A stretch of DNA of 64,000 bases from positions 1 through 64,000 of the forward strand of contig JAWLHR010000001.1 of the NCBI GenBank assembly GCA_041690295.1, given 5' to 3'. This DNA comes from Bdellovibrionales bacterium. GTDB lineage: Bacteria > Bdellovibrionota > Bdellovibrionia > Bdellovibrionales > UBA1609. The translations under genes were made by a program, and so were the position numbers. The notes beneath the pieces are model-generated. The model was not told the DNA's origin. It ran no database searches and saw only the letters and a list, made by a program, of their open reading frames with translations. Position 1 is the stretch's first letter. Each line of letters opens with the position of its first letter. This document shows, piece by piece, positions 47,969-56,503 of this stretch.

Positions 47969-48481
47969 ATGGCTGTTATCAACACGATTCCACCTCAAGC
48001 ATACACCCGGGACACCTTGGTGAAGGCCATCGAGTGGATGTCGACTCAGCCGCAGGCCCTAAGAGAAAGAGCGAACTCGGCTGACCTGATGGTCAGTTAC
48101 TATCTGCAAGCCTGCCGTAAGTCGGCGGCCAAGATGGAAGCACCGGTAAGCCAAGAAAACTTTAAAGCCGACCTTAAGCATCTGGTCGAAGATTTAAAGA
48201 AGTTCGACGAGCCTTCCGCCCCCCCAAACTATTCTCCGGGTCGCTCTTCCTCTTATGGTGCTGCCGCATCCATTGAACCTATTTTCGGTTCACCGGCCGC
48301 GACACCCCCGCCGCAGGCGCCTCAGGCGCAGAGAACTCAAGGGTTATCGTGGACCGTGGATGCGAAATCGCTGTTGGCGGCGAGGGAATTTCAAATCAAG
48401 CTCAACCTCAGCCACGAAAGCGAGGCTTTGCGCTTCCTGATCACGCTCGGCGCGGAGCGGGCTCGGCAGCTATTCCCTTGA
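47969..48481 (+). CDS. Hypothetical protein, possible C-terminal ribbon-helix-helix
   Basis: LSWTVD-AKSLLAAREFQIKL-NLSHESEALRFLITLG strand/helix/helix pattern; start 47963 or 47969. Confidence 0.7.
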   Translation: MAVINTIPPQAYTRDTLVKAIEWMSTQPQALRERANSADLMVSYYLQACRKSAAKMEAPVSQENFKADLKHLVEDLKKFDEPSAPPNYSPGRSSSYGAAASIEPIFGSPAATPPPQAPQAQRTQGLSWTVDAKSLLAAREFQIKLNLSHESEALRFLITLGAERARQLFP

Positions 48482-48512
48482 TTTCCTAAGAAAAATTTAG
48501 AATTGTGGCGGG

Positions 48513-51251
48513 ATGCAGGTTCTTCTCCCAAAAACCGATTTCCCGATGAAGGGCAATCTCGCCCAATCGGAACCCGCGCGAATTTCCCAGTGGTCAGACC
48601 GCCGCATCTACCAAAAAATGGTGGAGCGGTCCGCGCCGAAGGGCCTCTTTGTCATGCCGGATGGACCGCCTTACGCGAACGGAAACATCCATGTCGGCCA
48701 CGTACTGAATAAGGTCTTGAAAGACATCATTATCAAGTACCGGAACATGGCGGGGTGGAAAGCGGTGTTCATTCCCGGCTGGGATTGTCACGGTCTTCCC
48801 ATCGAACTCAACGTCACTAAAAAACTTGGACCCAAACGCAAAGAGATGTCGGACGCCGATGTTCGTAAACTCTGTCGTGAAGAGGCTTTGAGTTGGGTCG
48901 ACAAACAGCGCACGCAATTCAAACGATTGGGGGTTCTGGCGGATTGGGACAATCCCTATCTGACTTTGCACCCCGCTTATGAGGCGGACGAAATCCGGGT
49001 GATCGCCAAGATCAATGTCAACGGCATTTTCTTTCGCGGTGAAAAGCCGGTTTACTGGTGCCCCACTTTGCAAACCGCATTGGCCGCGGCGGAAGTGGAA
49101 TATCGCGATCACAAGAGCCTTTCAATTTATGTGAAGTTCCCGTTCAAGGAAAAAGTTGACGGCGTGAAACTGGATCCGACAAAGCCGGTTTCATTCCTGA
49201 TCTGGACGACCACGCCTTGGACCTTGCCGGCCAACTACGGCTTGTCACTGCATCCTCAGTTCTCCTACGGATTTTACGACACCGGTTCGGAAATTTTGAT
49301 TTTGGCGGAAGAGCTCAGCGAAGCCGTGGCCAAGGAAACGGGTTTGAAGCTGACGCTTGTGGGACGGAAGAAAGGTTCGGAGTTTGAGCGTAAGAACGCC
49401 CGCCATCCCTTCTTGGATCGCGACTCGCTCATTGTGTTGGGCGAGCATGTGACGGCGGATTCGGGATCGGGCGTGGTGCACACGGCGCCCGGACACGGTC
49501 TTGAAGACTACGTGGTGGGTTTAAAATACGATTTGCCCGTTCACTCGCCGGTGGATGAAGCCGGTCGCTTCACCGCCGACGTGCCGCTGTTTCAGGGTGA
49601 AAAAATCTGGGACGCCAATCCCAAGATCGTGGATTTGTTGAAAGACAAGGGAATGCTCGTGCACGTTTCGGAATTGGTGCACTCGTATCCACACAATCCG
49701 CGTTCGAAAACGCCGTTGATTTTCCGCGCGACTCCGCAATGGTTCATCCGACTGGATGATCCGAAATATAATTTACGCGGGAAGTGTCTCGACGCCGCTG
49801 AAAAACATATCCAATACGTCCCCAAATGGGGGGCGCAGCGCTTGCAATCGATGCTGAGTAATTCACCCGACTGGTGCTTGAGCCGTCAGCGCATTTGGGG
49901 CGTGCCGGTTCCCGTCTTTTATTGTGAAAAGTGCAAGTCGCCGCTGGTGGATTCAGAGGTCATGAACCGGTTGGCCGATGTCATGGAGAAATCCGGCGAA
50001 GGCATCGACGCCTATCACAGTCATCCGACGTCGGAGTTCACGGCCGGCAAGAAATGTTCGTCTTGCGGTCATGATAAGTTCACCACCGGACGGGATATTT
50101 TGGACGTTTGGTTTGACTCGGGCGTTTGCCACACGGCCGTGCAATCGCGACGTGAAGGAATGCGCTTTGAAGCGGACATTTACCTGGAAGGCTCCGATCA
50201 ACATCGCGGATGGTTTCAAACCAGTTTGGTTTCGGCCATGGCCAGCGAAGGCAAACCGCCTTTCAGAACATTGATCACCCATGGGTTTGTCACCGATGCT
50301 CAAGGCTACAAAATGTCCAAGAGCCTTGGTAACACGGTGGACCCCGCCGAAATCATCAAGGAAAGCGGCGCGGAGATTCTGAGGATCTGGGTTTCGCACG
50401 AGGATTACGGCCAGGATCTCACTATCAGCAAAGAGATGATCACGCGGATCACCGACACTTACCGGCGGTTCCGCAACACGATTCGTTTTCTTCTTGGAAA
50501 TTTGAATGATTTCGATCCGGCCAAGGACCAGGTGCCGGTGGCGCAAATGACGCCGCTGGATCGCTGGGCTTTACATGAATTGAACGAATTGATCCGTAAG
50601 TGCACGGCGGCCTATGAGGCGTACGAGTTCTATAAAGTGTATCACGGACTCAATATCTTTTTCGCCCACACGCTTTCGGCCACTTATTTGGATATTTTGA
50701 AAGATCGCCTTTACACCGGAAAAGCCAACGGCACCAAACGGCGGGGAGCGCAGACGGTTTTATATCATACGGTGCGCACCCTCTGTGGACTCATGGCGCC
50801 CATCGCCTCGTTCTTGGCCGAAGAGACCTACGGCTACATTCCGGGTGAAAAAGAGGAAAGCGTGTTCCTCACGGATTTTCCTGTGGCGCGCGCCGAATGG
50901 GATCATCCCGGAGTGGCGAGCGATTTCGGGATTCTCCTCGACATTCGTGCGGCCGTGAGCAAAGAGCTTGAGGAACTGCGAAGACGAAAAGAAATCGGCT
51001 CCAGCCTGGAGGCGAGGATTCACATCGCCGCGCCCGAAAACATGTGGAAAGTTCTTGAAGCCTATAAGAATGATTTGCGAGAATTCTTTATAGTGTCGCA
51101 ATTGGATTTCAGCGCGGGAGCGGAGTTGAAAGTCACGGCCGCGAAAGCGGAAGGCGTAAAATGCGAACGCTGTTGGTATTATGATAAGGAAACCGGAAAA
51201 GATCCGCGTTTCCCTGGCGTTTGTCCTAAATGCATTGAGGCTTTGACGTGA
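48513..51251 (+). CDS. ileS: Isoleucine--tRNA ligase
   Basis: DGPPYANG-HVGH, WTTTPWT, EGSDQHRGWF, KMSKS, C-terminal CERC/CPKC zinc finger. Confidence 0.98.
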   Translation: MQVLLPKTDFPMKGNLAQSEPARISQWSDRRIYQKMVERSAPKGLFVMPDGPPYANGNIHVGHVLNKVLKDIIIKYRNMAGWKAVFIPGWDCHGLPIELNVTKKLGPKRKEMSDADVRKLCREEALSWVDKQRTQFKRLGVLADWDNPYLTLHPAYEADEIRVIAKINVNGIFFRGEKPVYWCPTLQTALAAAEVEYRDHKSLSIYVKFPFKEKVDGVKLDPTKPVSFLIWTTTPWTLPANYGLSLHPQFSYGFYDTGSEILILAEELSEAVAKETGLKLTLVGRKKGSEFERKNARHPFLDRDSLIVLGEHVTADSGSGVVHTAPGHGLEDYVVGLKYDLPVHSPVDEAGRFTADVPLFQGEKIWDANPKIVDLLKDKGMLVHVSELVHSYPHNPRSKTPLIFRATPQWFIRLDDPKYNLRGKCLDAAEKHIQYVPKWGAQRLQSMLSNSPDWCLSRQRIWGVPVPVFYCEKCKSPLVDSEVMNRLADVMEKSGEGIDAYHSHPTSEFTAGKKCSSCGHDKFTTGRDILDVWFDSGVCHTAVQSRREGMRFEADIYLEGSDQHRGWFQTSLVSAMASEGKPPFRTLITHGFVTDAQGYKMSKSLGNTVDPAEIIKESGAEILRIWVSHEDYGQDLTISKEMITRITDTYRRFRNTIRFLLGNLNDFDPAKDQVPVAQMTPLDRWALHELNELIRKCTAAYEAYEFYKVYHGLNIFFAHTLSATYLDILKDRLYTGKANGTKRRGAQTVLYHTVRTLCGLMAPIASFLAEETYGYIPGEKEESVFLTDFPVARAEWDHPGVASDFGILLDIRAAVSKELEELRRRKEIGSSLEARIHIAAPENMWKVLEAYKNDLREFFIVSQLDFSAGAELKVTAAKAEGVKCERCWYYDKETGKDPRFPGVCPKCIEALT

Positions 51252-51760
51252 AGTTAGACAGCAAATATCTGGTCCTGGCGACCGTCGGCGGTGCCATTAT
51301 CGCGCTTGACCAGCTGACCAAGATGTATGTTCACGCCAATTTCGGTTTGGGCGAATCGGTTCCCGTGATTCAAGACATCTTTCATTTCACCTATGTGCGA
51401 AACACCGGCGCGGCCTTTGGTTTCTTGCGTGATGCCGCTGAAACTTTCAGGACGCTTTTCTTTTTATCCATGCCGCCGATCGCCGTGGCGATCATTTTGC
51501 GAATGCTTTATCAGGTGGATAACAGCGACAGGTGGCAGATTTTTTCTCTTTCTTTGATTTTCGGCGGTGCTATCGGGAACTATATTGATCGCTTGCGATT
51601 TGGATATGTGATCGATTTCCTCGATTTTCATTATCGAGATGTTTGGTCCTACCCGGCGTTCAACATCGCGGATTCCGCGATCGTCACCGGCGTGGGGATC
51701 ATGCTGTTGCTAATGGCATTGCATGCGCGCGCCGAGAAGAGAGCCCGGCAGAAAGCTTGA
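51248..51760 (+). CDS. lspA: Lipoprotein signal peptidase II
   Basis: DQLTK, NTGAAFG, GAIGNYIDR, VIDF, FNIAD. Confidence 0.96.
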   Translation: MKLDSKYLVLATVGGAIIALDQLTKMYVHANFGLGESVPVIQDIFHFTYVRNTGAAFGFLRDAAETFRTLFFLSMPPIAVAIILRMLYQVDNSDRWQIFSLSLIFGGAIGNYIDRLRFGYVIDFLDFHYRDVWSYPAFNIADSAIVTGVGIMLLLMALHARAEKRARQKA

Positions 51761-51766
51761 TTCATC

Positions 51767-52510
51767 GTGTATCCGCAACTGGTTTTATTTTCCGGTGTTC
51801 ACATTTCCACTTATTTTCTGTTGATCAGTATCGCCACCACCATTGGCGTTCTCTGGCATATTCGTCGCGCTGAGAAAATGCATCTCAGCCGGATTTCCGC
51901 CATTGATTTTTCATTGGTCACATTGGCTGGTGGCTTCCTTGGCGCGCGTTTGCTGCACGTGATTCATGAGGAGCCGGAATATTATCATCTGAATCCTTGG
52001 GCTGTTTTGCACGTTTGGAACGGCGGATTCGTGTTTTTCGGCGGATTACTTGGCGCTTTGGTGGCCGCCTTACTGTTCTGCCGGATCCGGCGCGAGCCCT
52101 TTTGGTTGTGGGCGGACGCGGCCGCGCTTCCGCTTTCATTCACTTATGCCATCGGCCGCATCGGCTGTTTTTTAAACGGTTGCTGTTACGGTAAGCCGGC
52201 GGATGTGCCCTGGGCGGTGACCATGCATGGGGCGCCCCGATACCCGACTCAACTCTTCGCGACCGCTTGGGAGCTTTTGGCGTTGATCGGTTTGTTGTGG
52301 CTTGAACCTCGGCTTAAGATCTCGGGCGTGCTGTTTAACCTGTGGTTGTTGAGTCATTCCGTGGGCCGTGTGGTGATGGAAACCTTCCGCGACGACCCTC
52401 GCGGTCCCACCTTCTTCGGTGTCAGCATCGGCACTGTTCTCAGTCTGATGTTCGGCATGTGGGCCCTCTTCAATCTGGTTTCCGTGCGCTGGCCCGTCTC
52501 GCGCGATTGA
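51767..52510 (+). CDS. lgt: Prolipoprotein diacylglyceryl transferase
   Basis: GARLLHV, GGFVFFGG, GRIGCFLNGCCYG, YPTQL, ETFR. Confidence 0.88.
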   Translation: MYPQLVLFSGVHISTYFLLISIATTIGVLWHIRRAEKMHLSRISAIDFSLVTLAGGFLGARLLHVIHEEPEYYHLNPWAVLHVWNGGFVFFGGLLGALVAALLFCRIRREPFWLWADAAALPLSFTYAIGRIGCFLNGCCYGKPADVPWAVTMHGAPRYPTQLFATAWELLALIGLLWLEPRLKISGVLFNLWLLSHSVGRVVMETFRDDPRGPTFFGVSIGTVLSLMFGMWALFNLVSVRWPVSRD

Positions 52511-52545
52511 TTTTCCGCCGCCCGCGCCGGTCAGGGCGAGTTGCG
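52511..52545 (+). repeat. Left inverted repeat / REP-like hairpin
   Basis: TTTTCCGCCGCCCGCGCCGGTCAGGGCGAGTTGCG; 16-bp core 52521-52536 is the exact reverse complement of 53398-53413. Confidence 0.8.
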
Positions 52546-52565
52546 TTAGAAATCAGGTCTCCGAT

Positions 52566-52640
52566 TGCGTGTCTACGAGGATATTTCCGCATCGCACTTG
52601 CTCGAATAGGTTTGTCCGCCTACCTTTCTGCGTGTCTACG
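52566..52640. repeat. 12-bp direct repeat pair
   Basis: TGCGTGTCTACG at 52566-52577 and 52629-52640. Confidence 0.7.
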
Positions 52641-52653
52641 CGATCGAACACCA

Positions 52654-53277
52654 CTAATTCGAATGGCGGTCGCCCAAGTAGCTCTGCATTTTTCTTAATC
52701 CAAAGGCCTCGATGGCCGCGCGCTGGTTACAGGGTCGGCAAAGAAGGCGTAAGTTCCGCAATCTATTACTTCCCCCTTTTGCAACAGGATTTCGGTGATC
52801 CACTTGCAAGGCCCAAGTCGAACCGCAATTTTCACAACGACCCTCGGCCTTTTTCCATATTTCTCGGCGAGCGCTTACCGAAATGTGTTTGCCCTTAGCC
52901 GCAAAGTCGTAACTTTCACCCCTTATAAACCAGGGAACATCCAACCGTTCATCAGGATGGCTTTCTTGGGAGTACGCTGGATGACCGTATCTTTTTCCCT
53001 TCTTGTCCCGTTTCGCATCTTTGCTGAGGTGCTTCTTGGCCGGCGCGGGTGATTTGCCTGCCTCGGGATTGGCTTCAATGGACTTTTTGGTTTCATCTTC
53101 AATTGTTATTTCATCCACGGCTTTCGACCTCTTCCGCGTTGGATCCATTTTTTGTAGTCCCATTTCGGCAAGAATGTCGATCAAATCGGCCATGGAAAGA
53201 TGGGGATTTTTGTGGGCCATCAATCCTTTGAGACGTTCGAGTTTATCGATCATCCGGAAAATCAAATCGGCGAACAA
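52654..53277 (-). CDS. HNH endonuclease, possibly N-terminally truncated
   Basis: RREIWKKAEGRCENCG...QVDHRNPVAKGGSN...NLRLLCRPCN (CxxC, DH, N, CxxCN); start uncertain (TTG 53277 or ATG 53253). Confidence 0.85.
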   Translation of the reverse strand: MFADLIFRMIDKLERLKGLMAHKNPHLSMADLIDILAEMGLQKMDPTRKRSKAVDEITIEDETKKSIEANPEAGKSPAPAKKHLSKDAKRDKKGKRYGHPAYSQESHPDERLDVPWFIRGESYDFAAKGKHISVSARREIWKKAEGRCENCGSTWALQVDHRNPVAKGGSNRLRNLRLLCRPCNQRAAIEAFGLRKMQSYLGDRHSN

Positions 53278-53388
53278 ACATGAATGCTCGACTAAACTGT
53301 CATTGAAAAACGCGAACTTTGTCGTCGATCATTGGTGCGGCCGATTGCCAGGTTCGTGAAAGATGGCTTCGCTACGATCAAAATTTGC

Positions 53389-53422
53389 CGCACGTCACCC
53401 TGACCGGCGCGGGTGGGGAAAA
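53389..53422 (-). repeat. Right inverted repeat / REP-like hairpin
   Basis: Plus strand CGCACGTCACCCTGACCGGCGCGGGTGGGGAAAA. Confidence 0.8.
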
Positions 53423-53620
53423 ACGTGCAGCGAGAGTGATGCGCGGGTAACGGAGCTGTGAACGACTGAGCCGGGCCGCCACCGTCCGCGACGCCCCAAA
53501 GCGCGTCTCAAACTGAGACACCCCATATCGCATAGGAAATCTACACGTGTCTTATTTCGAGTTTCTTACTGCGCGTAAATTCCAGCTCGGAACGCACGTG
53601 ATTTGTAATTGTTGTTCGCC

Positions 53621-54166
53621 ATGCAGACCCCCAAAATCGCTTTGCTCATCTTATTTATGAGCATAGGAGCCGCCGCACACGCGCAGCAGAACGGCGGATC
53701 CGTTGAATGTAAAACCATGTGTCCCGGTGGCGGTGCGGATGTGATCGTCAATCTGGCGGCAAAGTGCATGTGCCTCAACAAAACCAATTGCTTTAAAGTC
53801 AGCATCGGTAAAAATGGACCGACTATGACCTCAAACGGAACGGGCAAACTGGGTGATGCGAAAGGGGCGCGATATCAAACCAAAGCGTCCACCTCAACCT
53901 CATACGATAACGACGCCTTGGCGATGGGAATTCCGGGAAATGACAAGTTCGGAAAATGGATTCACAAGACCCGAAACTGCGCTCCCGCCGGCAACAACTC
54001 CACAAAAGGTTGCGTGGCCGTCCCTTGCGACAAGTGGCCTGAGATCAAACAAATGAAAGGCAAGACCATTAAAGTTTGTGGCGGCGGTAGCCCCTCTCAC
54101 GGCGGATTAAGCAGCGGCAAGTCCGGTAGCGGCGGCGGACAGTTCTCAGGAGAGACGGCGCAATGA
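53621..54166 (+). CDS. Secreted Cys-rich L,D-transpeptidase/carboxypeptidase-like (YkuD-fold) protein
   Basis: Signal peptide ...AAAHA; FKVSIGK; WIH-x11-STKGCVAV catalytic-like motif. Confidence 0.6.
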   Translation: MQTPKIALLILFMSIGAAAHAQQNGGSVECKTMCPGGGADVIVNLAAKCMCLNKTNCFKVSIGKNGPTMTSNGTGKLGDAKGARYQTKASTSTSYDNDALAMGIPGNDKFGKWIHKTRNCAPAGNNSTKGCVAVPCDKWPEIKQMKGKTIKVCGGGSPSHGGLSSGKSGSGGGQFSGETAQ

Positions 54167-54195
54167 ACTCGATGATCAAACAATGGAGCACAAAT

Positions 54196-54576
54196 ATGAA
54201 GTACGTATTGTTATCAATCGCGGCCCTCATGACGTCCATCGCCGTACAAGCGGCGGAACCCAAAGACACGAAGTACGGTTCCGATCTCCCCTTCCTTGAA
54301 GGCGTGTTGATTGAAATTCAGTCCTACGATCCCGAAACGCAAACTTACCAGGTGTCCTCGCCCGAGTTCACCGGTGAAGGCGAAGCCTATGTGACACCCG
54401 AAGGGCTCGCGCGCGGGGTTAAAGCCATCAATCTGGATCTTATTAAAAGAAAACCCACTTCGATCGTCGGCCAACAGTTCAAAACCGATCAAAAAGTTCC
54501 CACACTTTTTGATGAAGAACGTGAGGCCCGCAAAATCGGCGCTCCCATCCCGGTACCGAAAAAGAAGTCCAAGTAA
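54196..54576 (+). CDS. Hypothetical secreted protein
   Basis: Signal peptide MKYVLLSIAALMTSIAVQA, SD GGAG; alternative start 54163 overlaps the upstream stop. Confidence 0.7.
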   Translation: MKYVLLSIAALMTSIAVQAAEPKDTKYGSDLPFLEGVLIEIQSYDPETQTYQVSSPEFTGEGEAYVTPEGLARGVKAINLDLIKRKPTSIVGQQFKTDQKVPTLFDEEREARKIGAPIPVPKKKSK

Positions 54577-54604
54577 CAAGACAAGCCCCGCCCGCCTTTG
54601 ACCT

Positions 54605-54621
54605 CTGGCCCTGCCGTTGCA
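54605..54621 (+). promoter_or_regulatory. Sigma54 promoter
   Basis: CTGGCCCTGCCGTTGCA (GG-N10-GC), followed by a GGCAGG-GTA-CCTGCC hairpin and SD GGAGG. Confidence 0.65.
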
Positions 54622-54666
54622 TAATTAAAAATCAGGCAGGGTACCTGCCGTTGGAGGGAAAATCAG

Positions 54667-55248
54667 ATGAAACAGATGCTCATCGCCGCGGGATTAGTGA
54701 TCACGCTTTTGACAACCGGCCAACCGGTTTCGGCGCAGGAAGGCCAATCCACAATTAAAATGGACGATGTCGGCGAAGGGCAATTCACCGAATATGATCT
54801 GAACCTCAACCCCCAACTGGGTTATTCCTCTTTTGAATACTCCCGTCGCAAACCGCAAACCGGCCAAGGCCTGACCGGCGGTCTGACCGTCGAGCTGGGT
54901 CAAAGTTTACGGAAACTGGAAACCGGTTTGATCGTCATGGAGATGGCGGAATCGCGCTATCTCTCGATCCCAATGATGGCTAAACTCCGGGTGCACGCGA
55001 TGCGCACGCAAAGCTGGTACGCTAAAGTGGGATTCATCTCCGCTTTCGAAGTGGCCGGCGGCACCGAAAGCTCCACCAAGTTCGATATCCTGGGCGCCTT
55101 GGGCGTCGGCGGACGGGTGGTTGTCGATCGCTCCAAGGACTTTATTATTGAAGCCACTTACAATCGCGGTCTGCTCCCCTCGGGGACCGACACTGGGGTT
55201 TACAACCAAGGCTTTTTGATTCTCGCTGGCTTAAGTTTCCGCATCTAA
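54667..55248 (+). CDS. Outer-membrane beta-barrel protein
   Basis: Signal peptide; YLSIPMMAKL, IEATYNRGL, C-terminal LAGLSFRI. Confidence 0.75.
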   Translation: MKQMLIAAGLVITLLTTGQPVSAQEGQSTIKMDDVGEGQFTEYDLNLNPQLGYSSFEYSRRKPQTGQGLTGGLTVELGQSLRKLETGLIVMEMAESRYLSIPMMAKLRVHAMRTQSWYAKVGFISAFEVAGGTESSTKFDILGALGVGGRVVVDRSKDFIIEATYNRGLLPSGTDTGVYNQGFLILAGLSFRI

Positions 55249-55417
55249 TAACCTCCTTGCCAGCCCAACGAATTTCGGCGTCGAGTGACAGTTTTCGGCG
55301 CCGATCCGTCATTCGCGCACGCTGAAATCCAAATAATTCGCATTTGAATTGAGTCGATTCTGGCACATTACGTGATGGGCATTGGGCGGAGCTTTTAGTT
55401 TTGGTCAGGAGAAGCTT

Positions 55418-56146
55418 ATGAAAAATGGGGTGAAATTAGCAGTTACTTTGATCGCTATGATCACGGCTCTCGCCGCTTGCGGCAAGAAAAAAGGCAGCAG
55501 CTCGCCGGCCGCCACACCATCCTCTGTCACGCCGACCCCGGCGGGCGGACTTTGCCAGCTTGATGCCTTCGGCCGATGCGTTTCGAACATGGCCGTTTCC
55601 GGGTTCATCGATGTGAATCGTTTCCGCAGCGTCAACCTGACCGTGACCGATGCCGTCCGCTATCAGGAATTCCTGCGGCACAACGGCCTCTGCGTCCAAG
55701 TCCAGCAAACGGGAATCTTCGGTTGGTGGAACTCGACTCCGCCCTGTCATGCGGCGATCAACTTCATGGAAATGGAGATTCGCACTTTATCTCCGTACGC
55801 GCCTTCCAAGGTCCGCTTGAATGTTGAAGCGCAGTTCTCCGGATATGGTCAAAAAGCCGTGGCGAAGAACGCGAACGTTTGGGCGAACATCGATGGCAAT
55901 GGTTTTCAGGTCGTTTACAGCCGGTATGTGACCCCCGACTTCCAAATCCTGCAGGGTCAACCGCAGCCCTTGATCTGGCCCCCCGTAGGTCAGCAAAACA
56001 TCCTGACTTCCTTGCACATCCTGTTAACCTATGCGGACTCCACCCGTACCTTGTTAAACGCATTGGTTTACTATCAGGGTACACAGATCGCGAGCGGTCA
56101 GTTTTTCACGACTCAACCCCCGCAAACGTTCCCCGTAGGGATGTAA
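55418..56146 (+). CDS. Hypothetical lipoprotein
   Basis: SD AGGAG; lipobox LAAC followed by GKKK and an S/T/P linker. Confidence 0.75.
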   Translation: MKNGVKLAVTLIAMITALAACGKKKGSSSPAATPSSVTPTPAGGLCQLDAFGRCVSNMAVSGFIDVNRFRSVNLTVTDAVRYQEFLRHNGLCVQVQQTGIFGWWNSTPPCHAAINFMEMEIRTLSPYAPSKVRLNVEAQFSGYGQKAVAKNANVWANIDGNGFQVVYSRYVTPDFQILQGQPQPLIWPPVGQQNILTSLHILLTYADSTRTLLNALVYYQGTQIASGQFFTTQPPQTFPVGM

Positions 56147-56153
56147 ATCCACG

Positions 56154-56180
56154 ATCCCCGCTTTCACCGGCGGGGATTTT
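56154..56180 (+). terminator. Rho-independent terminator
   Basis: ATCCCCGC...GCGGGGAT stem followed by TTT(GATTT). Confidence 0.6.
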
Positions 56181-56197
56181 GATTTATGCTCGGGCAC

Positions 56198-56401
56198 ATG
56201 AAAACCAAGTGTCCCACTTGCCGCAAAATGATCGAGTACTCTCGCCTGAATCCGCACCGGCCGTTTTGCAGTGAACGCTGCAAAGTCTTGGACCTGGGCG
56301 CTTGGGCCGAGGAAAAGTATCGCGTTCCGGTGAGTGAGCAGGAAAAACCTTCTGTCAAGAAAAACCCGGAAGAACCGCCGGGAGAAGACTTGCTGAATTA
56401 G
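56198..56401 (+). CDS. yacG: DNA gyrase inhibitor YacG
   Basis: CPTC...RPFCSERCKVLDLGAWAEEKYRVP. Confidence 0.92.
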   Translation: MKTKCPTCRKMIEYSRLNPHRPFCSERCKVLDLGAWAEEKYRVPVSEQEKPSVKKNPEEPPGEDLLN

Positions 56402-56503
56402 GAAATCCCGCGTTCAAGCGGAAATTTTCTTTGACGAAAGAATCGATCTCCAGCTTGAATGTCAAATACCAAAGGCAACAACAGATTTTCCATGGGGGAA
56501 ATA

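Larger units (their letters stand above)
52511..53422. mobile_element. Candidate inverted-repeat-bounded HNH element (about 0.9 kb)
   Basis: HNH gene enclosed by ~35-bp imperfect inverted repeats; no transposase and no obvious target-site duplication. Confidence 0.45.

Noticed and set aside
52566..52640. CRISPR array
   Set aside because: Only two 12-bp repeats and no cas genes; kept as a repeat pair.
52654..53277. IscB/Cas9-like OMEGA nuclease
   Set aside because: No PLMP N-terminus or RuvC motifs, and too short.
53410..53500. c-di-GMP-I riboswitch suggested by AGCCGGGCCGCC
   Set aside because: Lacks GGCAAAC and GACGCAAAGC in the right order; would need an Infernal hit.
55360..55376. Sigma54-like CTGGCACATTACGTGAT upstream of the 55418 lipoprotein
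   Set aside because: Good -24 box but GA instead of GC at -12; not supportable without TSS data.
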